This document shows positions 1-8,246 of a stretch of DNA of 51,123 nucleotides, piece by piece. The notes beneath the pieces were generated by a model. The model did no database searches. It worked only from the letters and a program-made list of their open reading frames with translations, and had not been told where the DNA came from. Source of the stretch: a virus (Duplodnaviria > Caudoviricetes); the IMG/VR virus record IMGVR_UViG_3300042518_000793, positions 1-51,123 of that record; one strand, given 5' to 3'. A program made the position numbers and the translations under genes. Position 1 is the stretch's first letter. Each line of letters begins with the position of its first letter.

Positions 1-127
1 ACGACTCACCGTCTCGAAGCCCGTGCGCCGCCAGCGCATCAAGCGCCACCGTCGCCGCGTCTTCGTCTACCCATCTCACTGCCGCGCCCTGACCCATTCG
101 CCCACCGCCTCCCGCCGATAGATCGGC
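1..127. repeat. Terminal direct repeat, copy 1 (assembly overlap of a circular contig)
   Basis: Identical to 50997-51123; 127 bp is a common assembler k-mer length; the primase and HTH ORFs run through the join. Confidence 0.95.
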
Positions 128-270
128 GTTTTCCCGTCCAACAGCGCCCACGTCGGGGCCGTCCTCTGCACGCGCATGAACTCCAGCGTCACCAAGTCAA
201 CGCCCATAAGCGCCGCCGCTTCGCTCGCCAGAATCCACCCCTTCGGAGGTATGCCCCGGCTCGTGCTCAC
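76..270 (-). CDS. AlpA/Xis-like HTH DNA-binding protein
   Basis: EAAALMGVDLVTLEFMR...P.W...G..PIYRREAV.EW pattern; stop overlaps the GTG start of the primase across the circular join. Confidence 0.7.
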   Translation of the reverse strand: MSTSRGIPPKGWILASEAAALMGVDLVTLEFMRVQRTAPTWALLDGKTPIYRREAVGEWVRARQ

Positions 271-500
271 TTCAGCGTGTCAACCGAGTCTGACGCCGCC
301 CACACGCAAACACGCCTCATGGACTCCAGCCACGCCGTCGCATCCTCTGGGCTCATGTGAACCAGCGCCACCGGGTCGCCCTCTTTCCTGTCCATGACCG
401 ACAGGACCACCACGCCCAGCGATGGAGCGACCATGTGCACCGAGAACCGACCCTCTGCCGCGTGTAGCGACGACCTCACCTGTGATGCGTCGCCGCTCAC
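267..500 (-). CDS. Hypothetical protein
   Basis: GTGA coupling at both ends; GGAGG upstream. Confidence 0.6.
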   Translation of the reverse strand: MSGDASQVRSSLHAAEGRFSVHMVAPSLGVVVLSVMDRKEGDPVALVHMSPEDATAWLESMRRVCVWAASDSVDTLK

Positions 501-697
501 GACTGCACCTCCTCAGCCTTGCCCGGCTCCACCTTTCGCTCTTCGACCCACGCCTTGACATCGGCTTCGTCGTAACGAACGCCGCCCTCCAGCTTCGCGA
601 ACGGCGGTCCTTTCCCGCGCGCTCGCCACGTCCTCAGAGTGTCGGGAGACATCCCGAGCATCTCGCCTACTTCGACTTCGGTCAGCATCTTGGCCAT
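497..697 (-). CDS. AlpA/Xis-like (HTH_17) DNA-binding protein
   Basis: MLTEVEVGEMLGMSPDTLRTWRARGKGPPFAKLEGGVRYDEADVKAW is a typical excisionase/AlpA HTH; ATG 697 with GGAGG. Confidence 0.85.
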   Translation of the reverse strand: MAKMLTEVEVGEMLGMSPDTLRTWRARGKGPPFAKLEGGVRYDEADVKAWVEERKVEPGKAEEVQS

Positions 698-744
698 TCG
701 ATGCGCCCTCCGTTGGCGCGCAATCAGGATGCACGCCGCGCCGA

Positions 745-790
745 TGGGCGTCAAGTGTTGCGCGTTGTGACAATTTCCTCTTGACGCCCA
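745..790. promoter_or_regulatory. Divergent promoter pair with inverted TTGACG -35 boxes
   Basis: 11-bp perfect inverted repeat TGGGCGTCAAG (745-755) / CTTGACGCCCA (780-790) between divergent operons; 17-bp spacers to CATCCT (-) and CACCAT (+). Confidence 0.6.
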
Positions 791-905
791 CCGCCCCATC
801 TCCCACCATGAGTCAGCGCAGTAAGCGCCCCCGCTCTTTCGCCCCACGCGCCACACCTTGGGTTAGGACATCGCGCGGGGCATCCAAACACCGCAGGAGG
901 AACCG

Positions 906-1274
906 ATGAACACCGAACAACTCATCGCCCGCAACCAGCGCGTCATCGGCCGCGCCAAAGCCCGCGCCGTTAACCCAACGCCCCGCTACGGCGAAAAGCC
1001 CGCGATGTCGCTCACCCGCTTCCGCAAGCAGGTCAAGGCGTTGTTTCCTCAGCCCGACTTCCGCTTTCGCGCGGACTTCATGGGCTTCACTGCGCTCTCG
1101 GATGACGTGGCGGTCGAATACAACGCCGTCGCCCCCGACGCCGCGCGCTACGAGGTCTGGCTCGGACGCCTCACGCCCACCTACGGCGCAACCCTTCCCG
1201 ACGCGGTGCGCAATGCCCGCGCCGCCCTCACCACCACCCTCGACGCCGCACGCCGGCTGGAGATGGACCGATGA
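906..1274 (+). CDS. Hypothetical early protein
   Basis: Strong AGGAGG RBS; C-terminal YGATLPDA motif. Confidence 0.75.
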   Translation: MNTEQLIARNQRVIGRAKARAVNPTPRYGEKPAMSLTRFRKQVKALFPQPDFRFRADFMGFTALSDDVAVEYNAVAPDAARYEVWLGRLTPTYGATLPDAVRNARAALTTTLDAARRLEMDR

Positions 1275-1612
1275 CCGACACCCGCCTGACCGACGCTATC
1301 AGCGAACGCAACGCCATCCGGGCGACGCTTCAGGACGTTGTGGCCCACCGCGACCGCCTCTGTGTGGCGCTCAAGGAAGCCGTGGAGCGCGCCGAGGCTG
1401 CCGAGCGCGACGCCATCGCCGCCATGGCCCCGACCGCATCCGGCAAGGACGCACAGGCGTGGGCCGAAGAAGTCGCGGCGCTCACGGCGAAGCTGAAAGC
1501 CGCCAAAGACCGCGCCGACATGCTGGAACGCGACGCCGCCGAATCCCGCATGAAACTCGACGCCCTCTCTGCGTTCGTTCGCGGCGGCGTCTCGGCGTTG
1601 GTGCGGGGTTGA
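1271..1612 (+). CDS. Hypothetical coiled-coil protein
   Basis: ATGA coupling; Ala/Glu/Arg-rich helical sequence. Confidence 0.7.
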   Translation: MTDTRLTDAISERNAIRATLQDVVAHRDRLCVALKEAVERAEAAERDAIAAMAPTASGKDAQAWAEEVAALTAKLKAAKDRADMLERDAAESRMKLDALSAFVRGGVSALVRG

Positions 1613-1614
1613 GC

Positions 1615-1908
1615 ATGACCTTCGACGACTTCAAGACCGCCGTCACCGAGCGCGTTCCCGGCGCTCCGTGGCGCTTTCGCGACTACGGCGACCAGGGATA
1701 CTTCTCAGCTTTGGCCGACGACGACGACTGGTCCATCGAACTCAGCTACGCCCCCAAAACCGCCCGCTGGAACTGGTGGAACGGCGTCCACCACATTGAG
1801 GGCGCGACGCTTCCCGAAGTCATCGCCGGCGTCATCGAGATGGCCCGCTACCAAACCGACCCACTGCAAGCCATTGGGCTTATGCCGGCGTTCCAGGAGA
1901 AGTTATGA
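1615..1908 (+). CDS. Hypothetical protein
   Basis: MTFDDFKTAV... start just after the previous stop; EGATLPEV motif. Confidence 0.7.
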   Translation: MTFDDFKTAVTERVPGAPWRFRDYGDQGYFSALADDDDWSIELSYAPKTARWNWWNGVHHIEGATLPEVIAGVIEMARYQTDPLQAIGLMPAFQEKL

Positions 1909-2180
1909 CCGCCCCCGACCTCTGCCGCCTCGCCTCTGCGGCGTTCCCCAACCTCACCTTCACCCCCATCGACACCGGGCGCACCATCTCCGCGCGCTCG
2001 CCCGAGTTGCGCATCCTCCAGTTCGTCGGACAGGACGACTTCGCCGTTGTAGTTCGCGGGCGCCTGACGGACTACCAAGGTGCCGGCCCCACCATCGAAG
2101 CCGCGCACGCCGACGCCCTGGCTTGCCGCGCCGAGCACGAGCCCACGGTTAGCGCCCCCGCGCAGCTCCCGTTGTTCTGA
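1905..2180 (+). CDS. Hypothetical protein
   Basis: AGGAG RBS and ATGA overlap; ends QLPLF (QLxLF clamp-motif-like). Confidence 0.7.
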   Translation: MTAPDLCRLASAAFPNLTFTPIDTGRTISARSPELRILQFVGQDDFAVVVRGRLTDYQGAGPTIEAAHADALACRAEHEPTVSAPAQLPLF

Positions 2181-2206
2181 CGCGCGCCGCCCGGCATCCT
2201 CCGGGC

Positions 2207-2404
2207 ATGAAGCACGCCGACCCACCCTCACCCCGCTCCCGCTACCACGTCACTCTGACCACCGCCCGCAGCGGCGAGCGCGCCTACGTCGTCTCGGCGG
2301 TGTCGCCAAACCATGCCATCGTGGAAGCGTGCGGGAGAGCGACGGAGGACGGCGCCGCGTGGCACGTCCTCGACGTCGTGGGGGTCAGGCGTCTAGGCGT
2401 CTAG
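2207..2404 (+). CDS. Hypothetical protein, possibly leaderless
   Basis: Preceded by TTGTTC-N17-CATCCT-N6-ATG with no SD. Confidence 0.5.
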   Translation: MKHADPPSPRSRYHVTLTTARSGERAYVVSAVSPNHAIVEACGRATEDGAAWHVLDVVGVRRLGV

Positions 2405-3193
2405 CTCGATGTCGTCGGGGCTGTCCTCGAAGTCCGCCCCCGCCCAAGCCGCGCGCCGAGCTCTACCAATCGGGCACCCATCGCAAGGCGTCCCGCGCTC
2501 GCACGCCGTGGCGTCAACGTACCCGTCGATGCAGTCCGCAAGGCGCACCGCGCCCTGGCTCGGGCACTCGGCGGTCTCGGCGCTGGCCTCGAACGTGATC
2601 CACGACATCGGACCCGACTGCGTGGGCAAGCTGCGCCCGTCGCCGTCCGCGTCGTCGTCCGGGATTCCCTCCGAACCCCGAATCTCGCCGCACCCAGGCC
2701 CCGCAGGTCCGAGCAATTCGACGCGCTTTCCGGTCAATTCCGTGCCCGCCAGCGCGAACAGGAACTCGCCCCGATTGCCGCCACGACGCTCAACGACCGA
2801 CCTCGTGCGACCGACGCACAGCACCTTGTCCGCGTGCTCCGAAACCCACCGCCGCGCCGTGGCCTTCGACGCCTTGAGCCGCGCCGCTATCTCCGTCAGA
2901 GTAAGCCCATTGGAGCCCACAAGCGCTGCCCGCAGCGCGTCCCACGGGTCAGCCGTCACGACCGCCACCTTGACGCTCGACGTAAGCGCCCAGACCACAG
3001 CCGGGCGACCGCCCGCGCCGACCGCCGCACGCTGACCCACCTTCGCGAACCACGGCCCGGCTTTGCGCCGCTGGTCCTCGACCAACGTGTTCTTGACCGT
3101 CTGCTCCCCGACGCCGACCGCCGCAGAAAGCTCAGCAACGGTCATAACGCGCCCGCCGTACAGCGCCGCTCGAATGAGTTCGGCGTTCGTCAC
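2393..3193 (-). CDS. Tandem winged-HTH protein with C-terminal 4-Cys domain
   Basis: MTVAELSAAVGVGEQTVKNTL and LTLTEIAARLKASKATARRW HTHs; C..C..CxxC tail. Confidence 0.7.
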   Translation of the reverse strand: MTNAELIRAALYGGRVMTVAELSAAVGVGEQTVKNTLVEDQRRKAGPWFAKVGQRAAVGAGGRPAVVWALTSSVKVAVVTADPWDALRAALVGSNGLTLTEIAARLKASKATARRWVSEHADKVLCVGRTRSVVERRGGNRGEFLFALAGTELTGKRVELLGPAGPGCGEIRGSEGIPDDDADGDGRSLPTQSGPMSWITFEASAETAECPSQGAVRLADCIDGYVDATACERGTPCDGCPIGRARRAAWAGADFEDSPDDIELDA

Positions 3194-3534
3194 CGCCGCC
3201 CCTCCACCGCGTCGAGTTCGGCAAGCTGCGCCCGCACCTCGGACAGCGCATCCCGCGCCTTGTCCCGGCAGTTGAACGCCGCCCGAAGGTCGCGCGCAAC
3301 GCGAGCCTCTTCAACGCGCAGCGCCTCAACCTCCCGCATCTCGCGCTCCCAGACTTCCTCCGCTCGCGCCTCCCGCTCGCGAAGCCACGCCCGCATCGCC
3401 GCCGCCTCCGTCTCGTGCAGCGTCCCCGGCTGCGCGTCCCACCACGGTCCCTCGCCGTCGCACGCGAGCAGCACGCCGTTCTCCTCGCGCGCCGTGACCA
3501 TCGACACGCCACCTTCACTCGTCCACATCTTCAT
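3190..3534 (-). CDS. Hypothetical coiled-coil protein
   Basis: GGAGG RBS; coupled to neighbours. Confidence 0.65.
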   Translation of the reverse strand: MKMWTSEGGVSMVTAREENGVLLACDGEGPWWDAQPGTLHETEAAAMRAWLREREARAEEVWEREMREVEALRVEEARVARDLRAAFNCRDKARDALSEVRAQLAELDAVEGRR

Positions 3535-3890
3535 AGACCCTCCATCGCCTCGCACAGAGGCACGTTGTTCTTGTCGCACCACTTGAGCAGTTCGCCGCAC
3601 ATCGCCCCGACGTTACCGAGGCACGCCGCCGCCGTGAGCTGCATCCCAAGGACGTGCCAGGGGACTTCCTGCGCAAGGTAGTCGGTGAGGATGATGCGCT
3701 TGTTCTGCGCCTTGAGCAGCGAGCACGCAGCGTGTAGCCACCGCGCCATTCTTCGCGCGGCGACCGCGTCAGCAACGCCCCCGTCGAAAAGCAAACCCGT
3801 GCGTTCCCACAGGCTGACTTGAGCGATGGCAGCCGTGCGGTCTTCTGCCCGCTCTACCCACGCGTCTGCTTGTTCCATTGTCGGTAACAT
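3531..3890 (-). CDS. Hypothetical protein
   Basis: GGAGG RBS; first gene after the divergent promoter. Confidence 0.65.
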   Translation of the reverse strand: MLPTMEQADAWVERAEDRTAAIAQVSLWERTGLLFDGGVADAVAARRMARWLHAACSLLKAQNKRIILTDYLAQEVPWHVLGMQLTAAACLGNVGAMCGELLKWCDKNNVPLCEAMEGL

Positions 3891-3945
3891 CGACACCTCC
3901 TCAGCCTCCCGGCTTTCCCCAAATCATGCCCGGAGAATCTGCCCT

Positions 3946-3969
3946 GTCAACGTTGTTTTGTTGTTGACG
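3946..3969. promoter_or_regulatory. Bidirectional promoter core GTCAACGTTGTTTTGTTGTTGACG, copy 1
   Basis: Exact 24-bp match to 13196-13219; TTGAC on both strands between divergent operons. Confidence 0.75.
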
Positions 3970-4031
3970 TTGCGGATTCTGCCGGTAGTCTACTTCCCAT
4001 AGCCGGGCCGTGCGCCCGAAGGAGAGACCTG

Positions 4032-4265
4032 ATGGAGTGGCAAGCGGTATCAGTGAACGGGCAAGCGTGGACCATCGACAAGTGTCTCGCGCAATGGACC
4101 GCCCAATACTCAAAGCGCACGCCCCGGTTCATCGCAGACAAGGCGACTGGCGTGGCGCGCGTCAAGGCCGCAATCGCCGCCAACAAGCACCGCGTTCGTA
4201 ACGGGGAGGTCCCCGCACGCATTCTCGACTGGATGGATGACGTCGTGTTCCAAGGGGGCGAGTGA
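4032..4265 (+). CDS. Hypothetical protein
   Basis: AAGGAG RBS. Confidence 0.7.
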   Translation: MEWQAVSVNGQAWTIDKCLAQWTAQYSKRTPRFIADKATGVARVKAAIAANKHRVRNGEVPARILDWMDDVVFQGGE

Positions 4266-4381
4266 TGGACTTCTCCCGCATCAATCTGGACTGGCCCCAC
4301 GTCATCGGGGCCTTCGTGTGCGCAGCGGTCATCGTGGCCGTTTGGGCGTGGGGTTGCGTCAACAAAGGATGGGGACAATGA
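4265..4381 (+). CDS. Small single-TM membrane peptide (38 aa, MDFSRINLDWPHVIGAFVCAAVIVAVWAWG...)
   Basis: Read from the sequence (below the ORF-track cutoff); TGATG and ATGA coupling fills the gap exactly. Confidence 0.6.
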   Translation: MDFSRINLDWPHVIGAFVCAAVIVAVWAWGCVNKGWGQ

Positions 4382-5301
4382 GCGAATATCAACTGTTCAA
4401 CGAGGACTGCATCACGGCGATGCGCAGGTTTGCCGAAGAAGGTCGGCAGTTCGACCTCGCGGTCTTCAGTCCTCCTTTCGCATCGTTATTCACCTATTCC
4501 AACCACGATGCGGACATGGGTAACTCCCGCGACTCCGACGACGAGTTCCTGCTGCATCACCAGTTCTTCGTCGATGCCCTGTTCCCGCTCATCAAGCCGG
4601 GCCGGCGCGTCTGCGTTCACGTCCAGAACCCCACCCGCACCAAGAACTCGCACGGGTTCATGGGCATTTGGGACATGCGCGGCGACATGATCAAGCAGTA
4701 CCAGCAAGCCGGGTTCATCTACTACGGCGAGGTCACGGTCGATAAGTGCCCGCAAGCGCAGGCCATCCGAACCAAGAGCCACGCGCTCATGTTCGTGAAC
4801 CTCAAGAAGGACTCGGCCATCAACCGCCCCGCGCTCGTGGACTACGTCATGATGTTCGTGAAGCCCGGCGTGAACCTCACCCGCATCGACGGCGTGGACC
4901 GGGGCGAGATCACCAACGAGGACTGGATTCGATGGGCCCGCGGAGTCTGGTACTCCATCAAGGAGACAAACACGCTCAACGCCGCACTGGCTCGCGAGGA
5001 CAGCGACGAGCGCCATCTCTGCCCGTTGCAACTCGACCTCATCGAGCGGTGCGTGAAGCTCTGGAGCAACCCCGGAGAGACGGTCTTCTCACCGTTTACG
5101 GGCATCGGCTCCGAGGGCTTTGTGTCCCTCACGTTCCGGCGCAAGTTCGTCGGCACCGAACTCAAGCGCGCCTACTACGAGCGCGCCAAGCTCAACCTCG
5201 AAACGGCCATTCGTGACCGCGAAGCAGCGGGCTCGCAAGGCGACCTCTTCGGAAGCGCCGTGCGCCAGACCTTCCAAGTCGAAGGCAAGGACATCGAATG
5301 A
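4378..5301 (+). CDS. DNA amino-methyltransferase (N4C/N6A, beta class)
   Basis: FSPPF catalytic motif N-terminal; HLCPLQL and SPFTGIGSE SAM-binding motif C-terminal. Confidence 0.9.
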   Translation: MSEYQLFNEDCITAMRRFAEEGRQFDLAVFSPPFASLFTYSNHDADMGNSRDSDDEFLLHHQFFVDALFPLIKPGRRVCVHVQNPTRTKNSHGFMGIWDMRGDMIKQYQQAGFIYYGEVTVDKCPQAQAIRTKSHALMFVNLKKDSAINRPALVDYVMMFVKPGVNLTRIDGVDRGEITNEDWIRWARGVWYSIKETNTLNAALAREDSDERHLCPLQLDLIERCVKLWSNPGETVFSPFTGIGSEGFVSLTFRRKFVGTELKRAYYERAKLNLETAIRDREAAGSQGDLFGSAVRQTFQVEGKDIE

Positions 5302-6689
5302 GCGCCGTGATCATCGACATCCCGCCGACCGCCGAAGGCTACGCGACCTTCATTCGGTGCAAGTCGCTCCCGTCGTACCGCGTTGTCGGTCGCACGGTCG
5401 AGACGGACGAGGCAAGCTACCGCCTCATCTTTGGCGCGGGCCAAGACCGCCAAGTGTCCACCGAAGACGGCCACCTCTTCGACTATCAGGCATGGGTCAC
5501 GAACCTCGCGCTCGACCGCCAGAGGTTCGCTGTCTTCATGGACTGCGGACTCGGCAAGACCGCCGTCGAAGTTGCATGGGCTCACGCCATCGCGCGCAAG
5601 TTCGGGCGGGTGCTCTTCCTTGCCCCACTCGCGGTCGTGGAGGACATCCAACGATTCACGGCCAAGTTCTACGGCTACCGCATGAGCAACCTTCGCAGCG
5701 AGCCGTGGCAGACGGACGTGGCGATCCTCAACATCGAGTCCCGCCGTGACGTCGACATGACCAACGTGGTCGGCGTCGTGCTCGACGAGTCAAGCTGCCT
5801 GAAGAGCGAGACCGGCGAAACGCGAAAGTGGGTCACGGCGCTCGTGAAGCCGTGTCGCTTTCGGCTCGCGTGCTCCGCGACACCCAGCCCGAACGAGCTT
5901 GCCGAGTACGCAACGCACGCCGTCTGGCTCGGGCACGCAACCACGCTCAACGAGTTCTACGGCCAGTTCTTCCGCAAGGACGGCACCGAATGGCGGCTGA
6001 AGGGCCACGCGCACGCGGCGTTCTACCGGAACCTCCGATCGTGGTGCACCTACATTCAGAGCCCGTCCACGCTCGGATTTAGGGACCATCAAGCCGAACT
6101 CCGCGAGCCGCCCGTCTACCACGAGATCCGCACCGACGCGCCCGACTACAAGCCCAAGGACAAGCTCTTTCAGGACGCCGTGAGCCTGGGCGAGTCGCGG
6201 GAAATCTTCGGAGCGATGCGCGCCGACGTCACCCAGCCCCGATTCAAGGAGTCCGTTGCCGCCATCGAAGGCAAGCGCGCCATCGTGTGGTGCTCGCGCA
6301 ATGCCGAAGAGGACGCCTTTCGCCGCGCCATTGGTGGCCACGTCATCAGCGGCGCAACGCCCGTCGAGGAACGCGTTGACCTCATCGACGACTTCCGCGC
6401 CGGGCGCACGAAGACGCTCATCAGCAAGCCATCCGTGCTCGGGTTCGGCGTCAACCTCCCCGAAGCGACCGATATGCTCTATTCGGGATACACGTTCAGC
6501 TTCGAGCAGTTCTACCAAGCCGTTCGGCGTGCGCACCGATTCGGGCGTGAAGGCCGGCTCACGGTCCATGTTCCCGTGACCGACATCGAGCAGCCAGTGT
6601 GGGGCTTGCTTCAAGGCAAGATGCGCACCTTCGACAAGGACGTGCAGACGCTCCAGTCGATGTTCGCCCAACAGAAGGACGCCGCATGA
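5298..6689 (+). CDS. SNF2-like superfamily 2 helicase
   Basis: CGLGKT Walker A, VLDESS, SATP, GFGVNL and QAVRRAHRFG motifs. Confidence 0.9.
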   Translation: MSAVIIDIPPTAEGYATFIRCKSLPSYRVVGRTVETDEASYRLIFGAGQDRQVSTEDGHLFDYQAWVTNLALDRQRFAVFMDCGLGKTAVEVAWAHAIARKFGRVLFLAPLAVVEDIQRFTAKFYGYRMSNLRSEPWQTDVAILNIESRRDVDMTNVVGVVLDESSCLKSETGETRKWVTALVKPCRFRLACSATPSPNELAEYATHAVWLGHATTLNEFYGQFFRKDGTEWRLKGHAHAAFYRNLRSWCTYIQSPSTLGFRDHQAELREPPVYHEIRTDAPDYKPKDKLFQDAVSLGESREIFGAMRADVTQPRFKESVAAIEGKRAIVWCSRNAEEDAFRRAIGGHVISGATPVEERVDLIDDFRAGRTKTLISKPSVLGFGVNLPEATDMLYSGYTFSFEQFYQAVRRAHRFGREGRLTVHVPVTDIEQPVWGLLQGKMRTFDKDVQTLQSMFAQQKDAA

Positions 6690-7324
6690 CCACCCTCGCC
6701 GCCCTCCGCGCCGTGTTCGCCGCCCACCGCCGAGCATGGTCCAAAGACGAACTCGTCACCGAGACCGGCAAGCCCCTGTCCTCGGTCAGCCCCGCGCTCC
6801 TCGCCCTGCTCGAAGAGGGGTCCATCCTCCTGACCGCAGGCAAGTACCGCCCGAGCGAGGTTGGGATTCGCGCGTTCGGCCAGGGCCACAACAAGCACCT
6901 CGACCACGACAAGCAGCGGGCGCTGGTCAAGGCGCAGCTTCCCGCGACCATGCGCGAGTTGGAAGACCGCACCGGGCGATCCGCAAGCTACCTCCACCGA
7001 CTCCTGAAGGAACTCGGCGCCGTCGCTGACGTCGGTTGGCGCTACCACCTCGGGGACGTCAAGAGCCCCAAGCGCCACCCCGGCGCGACGCTGCGCACCG
7101 CCGCAGACGAGTACGCGTGCGTGGAGTCCTCTTCGACGTCGTGGCTGGAGACCGAACCAACCTCCGAGGGCTTCAACTGCGAGCGGCGGCGCATCTTCGT
7201 GACCTTCGCGACCTGCTACGACGACCACACCACCGCCGCATCGAGGCAACGGGGCCACGTCGGCGTGTGCCGTACCTGCCCCAAGGGCCAACAACTGCGC
7301 GCCGAGTACGCGCAAGGATCGTGA
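6686..7324 (+). CDS. Tandem winged-HTH protein with C-terminal 4-Cys domain (paralogue of 2393-3193)
   Basis: SKDELVTETGKPLSSVSPAL and TMRELEDRTGRSASYLHRLL HTHs; C..C..CRTC tail. Confidence 0.7.
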   Translation: MTTLAALRAVFAAHRRAWSKDELVTETGKPLSSVSPALLALLEEGSILLTAGKYRPSEVGIRAFGQGHNKHLDHDKQRALVKAQLPATMRELEDRTGRSASYLHRLLKELGAVADVGWRYHLGDVKSPKRHPGATLRTAADEYACVESSSTSWLETEPTSEGFNCERRRIFVTFATCYDDHTTAASRQRGHVGVCRTCPKGQQLRAEYAQGS

Positions 7325-7326
7325 CC

Positions 7327-7527
7327 ATGATTCGACGACGACGATACTGCTCTGACCGGATGTGTGGCGCGACGGATTGCGCCACCTGCTACGGCCCCGG
7401 CTATGACCGCGAGGACGACGACGACGGAAATGAAGACGGGTTTGAAGAGGGTGGCGAGGACGTCGAAGAAGACGAAGACGAGCCCGACGAAGACCCCGGC
7501 CCCGACTTCGATGACGTGTCGCCGTGA
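7327..7527 (+). CDS. Small 4-Cys protein with highly acidic tail
   Basis: MIRRRRYCSDRMCGATDCATCYG followed by a D/E-rich tract; stop overlaps next GTG. Confidence 0.65.
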   Translation: MIRRRRYCSDRMCGATDCATCYGPGYDREDDDDGNEDGFEEGGEDVEEDEDEPDEDPGPDFDDVSP

Positions 7528-8246
7528 GCACGCTGATCCTCGGCATCGACAGCGGCCTCGACGGGGCATTCGCGTGGTACTACGGGGGGCGCGTCGTCCA
7601 CCATGTCCTGACGCGGACGCTCGTGAAGGACGACCGTATTGACATGAGCACCCTCGCAGCCCAAGAGGCGTCATCGGGGCTTTTGTCGTCATCACGCATC
7701 GCCTACCTCGAAGAGCCGTTCAACAACGCCATCAGCGGCGGCGCGTCCACGGCGGGCTACACCGACCAGTGCAAGCGGTGGGGGCGCCTCCAAGGCTGGC
7801 TGGAATCGTGGGGCTACGAGGTGCGTGGCGTCCAGGCGAAGACATGGCAGCGGGAGCTTCTGGACCTTGCGCGGTTCGAGGTTCGGACGGAGAAGGCGTG
7901 CGCGCCACGGCTCGCGGAAGGGTGGACGCTCAAAGCCACGACCATATCAGGCGCTCCCGCGTGGTCGCTTCGTCATGGCGGTGACGTGTCCATCTACAAC
8001 CGTCGCGACGGGCAAACGAGAGCGAGCACCATCGCAACGCTTGCGGTCACGCGAGGCGACTGCACAGTGAGCACCAAGACCATCACCTCCCACGACACCA
8101 AAGCCGCCTCCCTCGCCTATGTCCGCGAGCACTTCCCCGACCTCAACCTCATCCCGCCCCGCGCTCGCAACCCGCACGACGGCCTCGCTGACGCCGTTTG
8201 CATTGCGGTGTGGGGCTCACGACAGATCAAGGAGACATCACCATGA
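7524..8246 (+). CDS. RuvC-like Holliday junction resolvase
   Basis: ILGIDSGLDGA, YLEEP, AKTWQ, K..S and HDGLADAVCIA catalytic motifs. Confidence 0.85.
   Translation: MSTLILGIDSGLDGAFAWYYGGRVVHHVLTRTLVKDDRIDMSTLAAQEASSGLLSSSRIAYLEEPFNNAISGGASTAGYTDQCKRWGRLQGWLESWGYEVRGVQAKTWQRELLDLARFEVRTEKACAPRLAEGWTLKATTISGAPAWSLRHGGDVSIYNRRDGQTRASTIATLAVTRGDCTVSTKTITSHDTKAASLAYVREHFPDLNLIPPRARNPHDGLADAVCIAVWGSRQIKETSP

Noticed and set aside
1-127. 127-bp terminal repeat as a biological DTR or att site
   Set aside because: Length matches a typical assembler k-mer and it cuts through coding sequence; best read as a circular-assembly overlap
7869-8090. Intein or intron in the resolvase
   Set aside because: No Cys/Ser start with His-Asn end; frame is open; too short for a self-splicing intron
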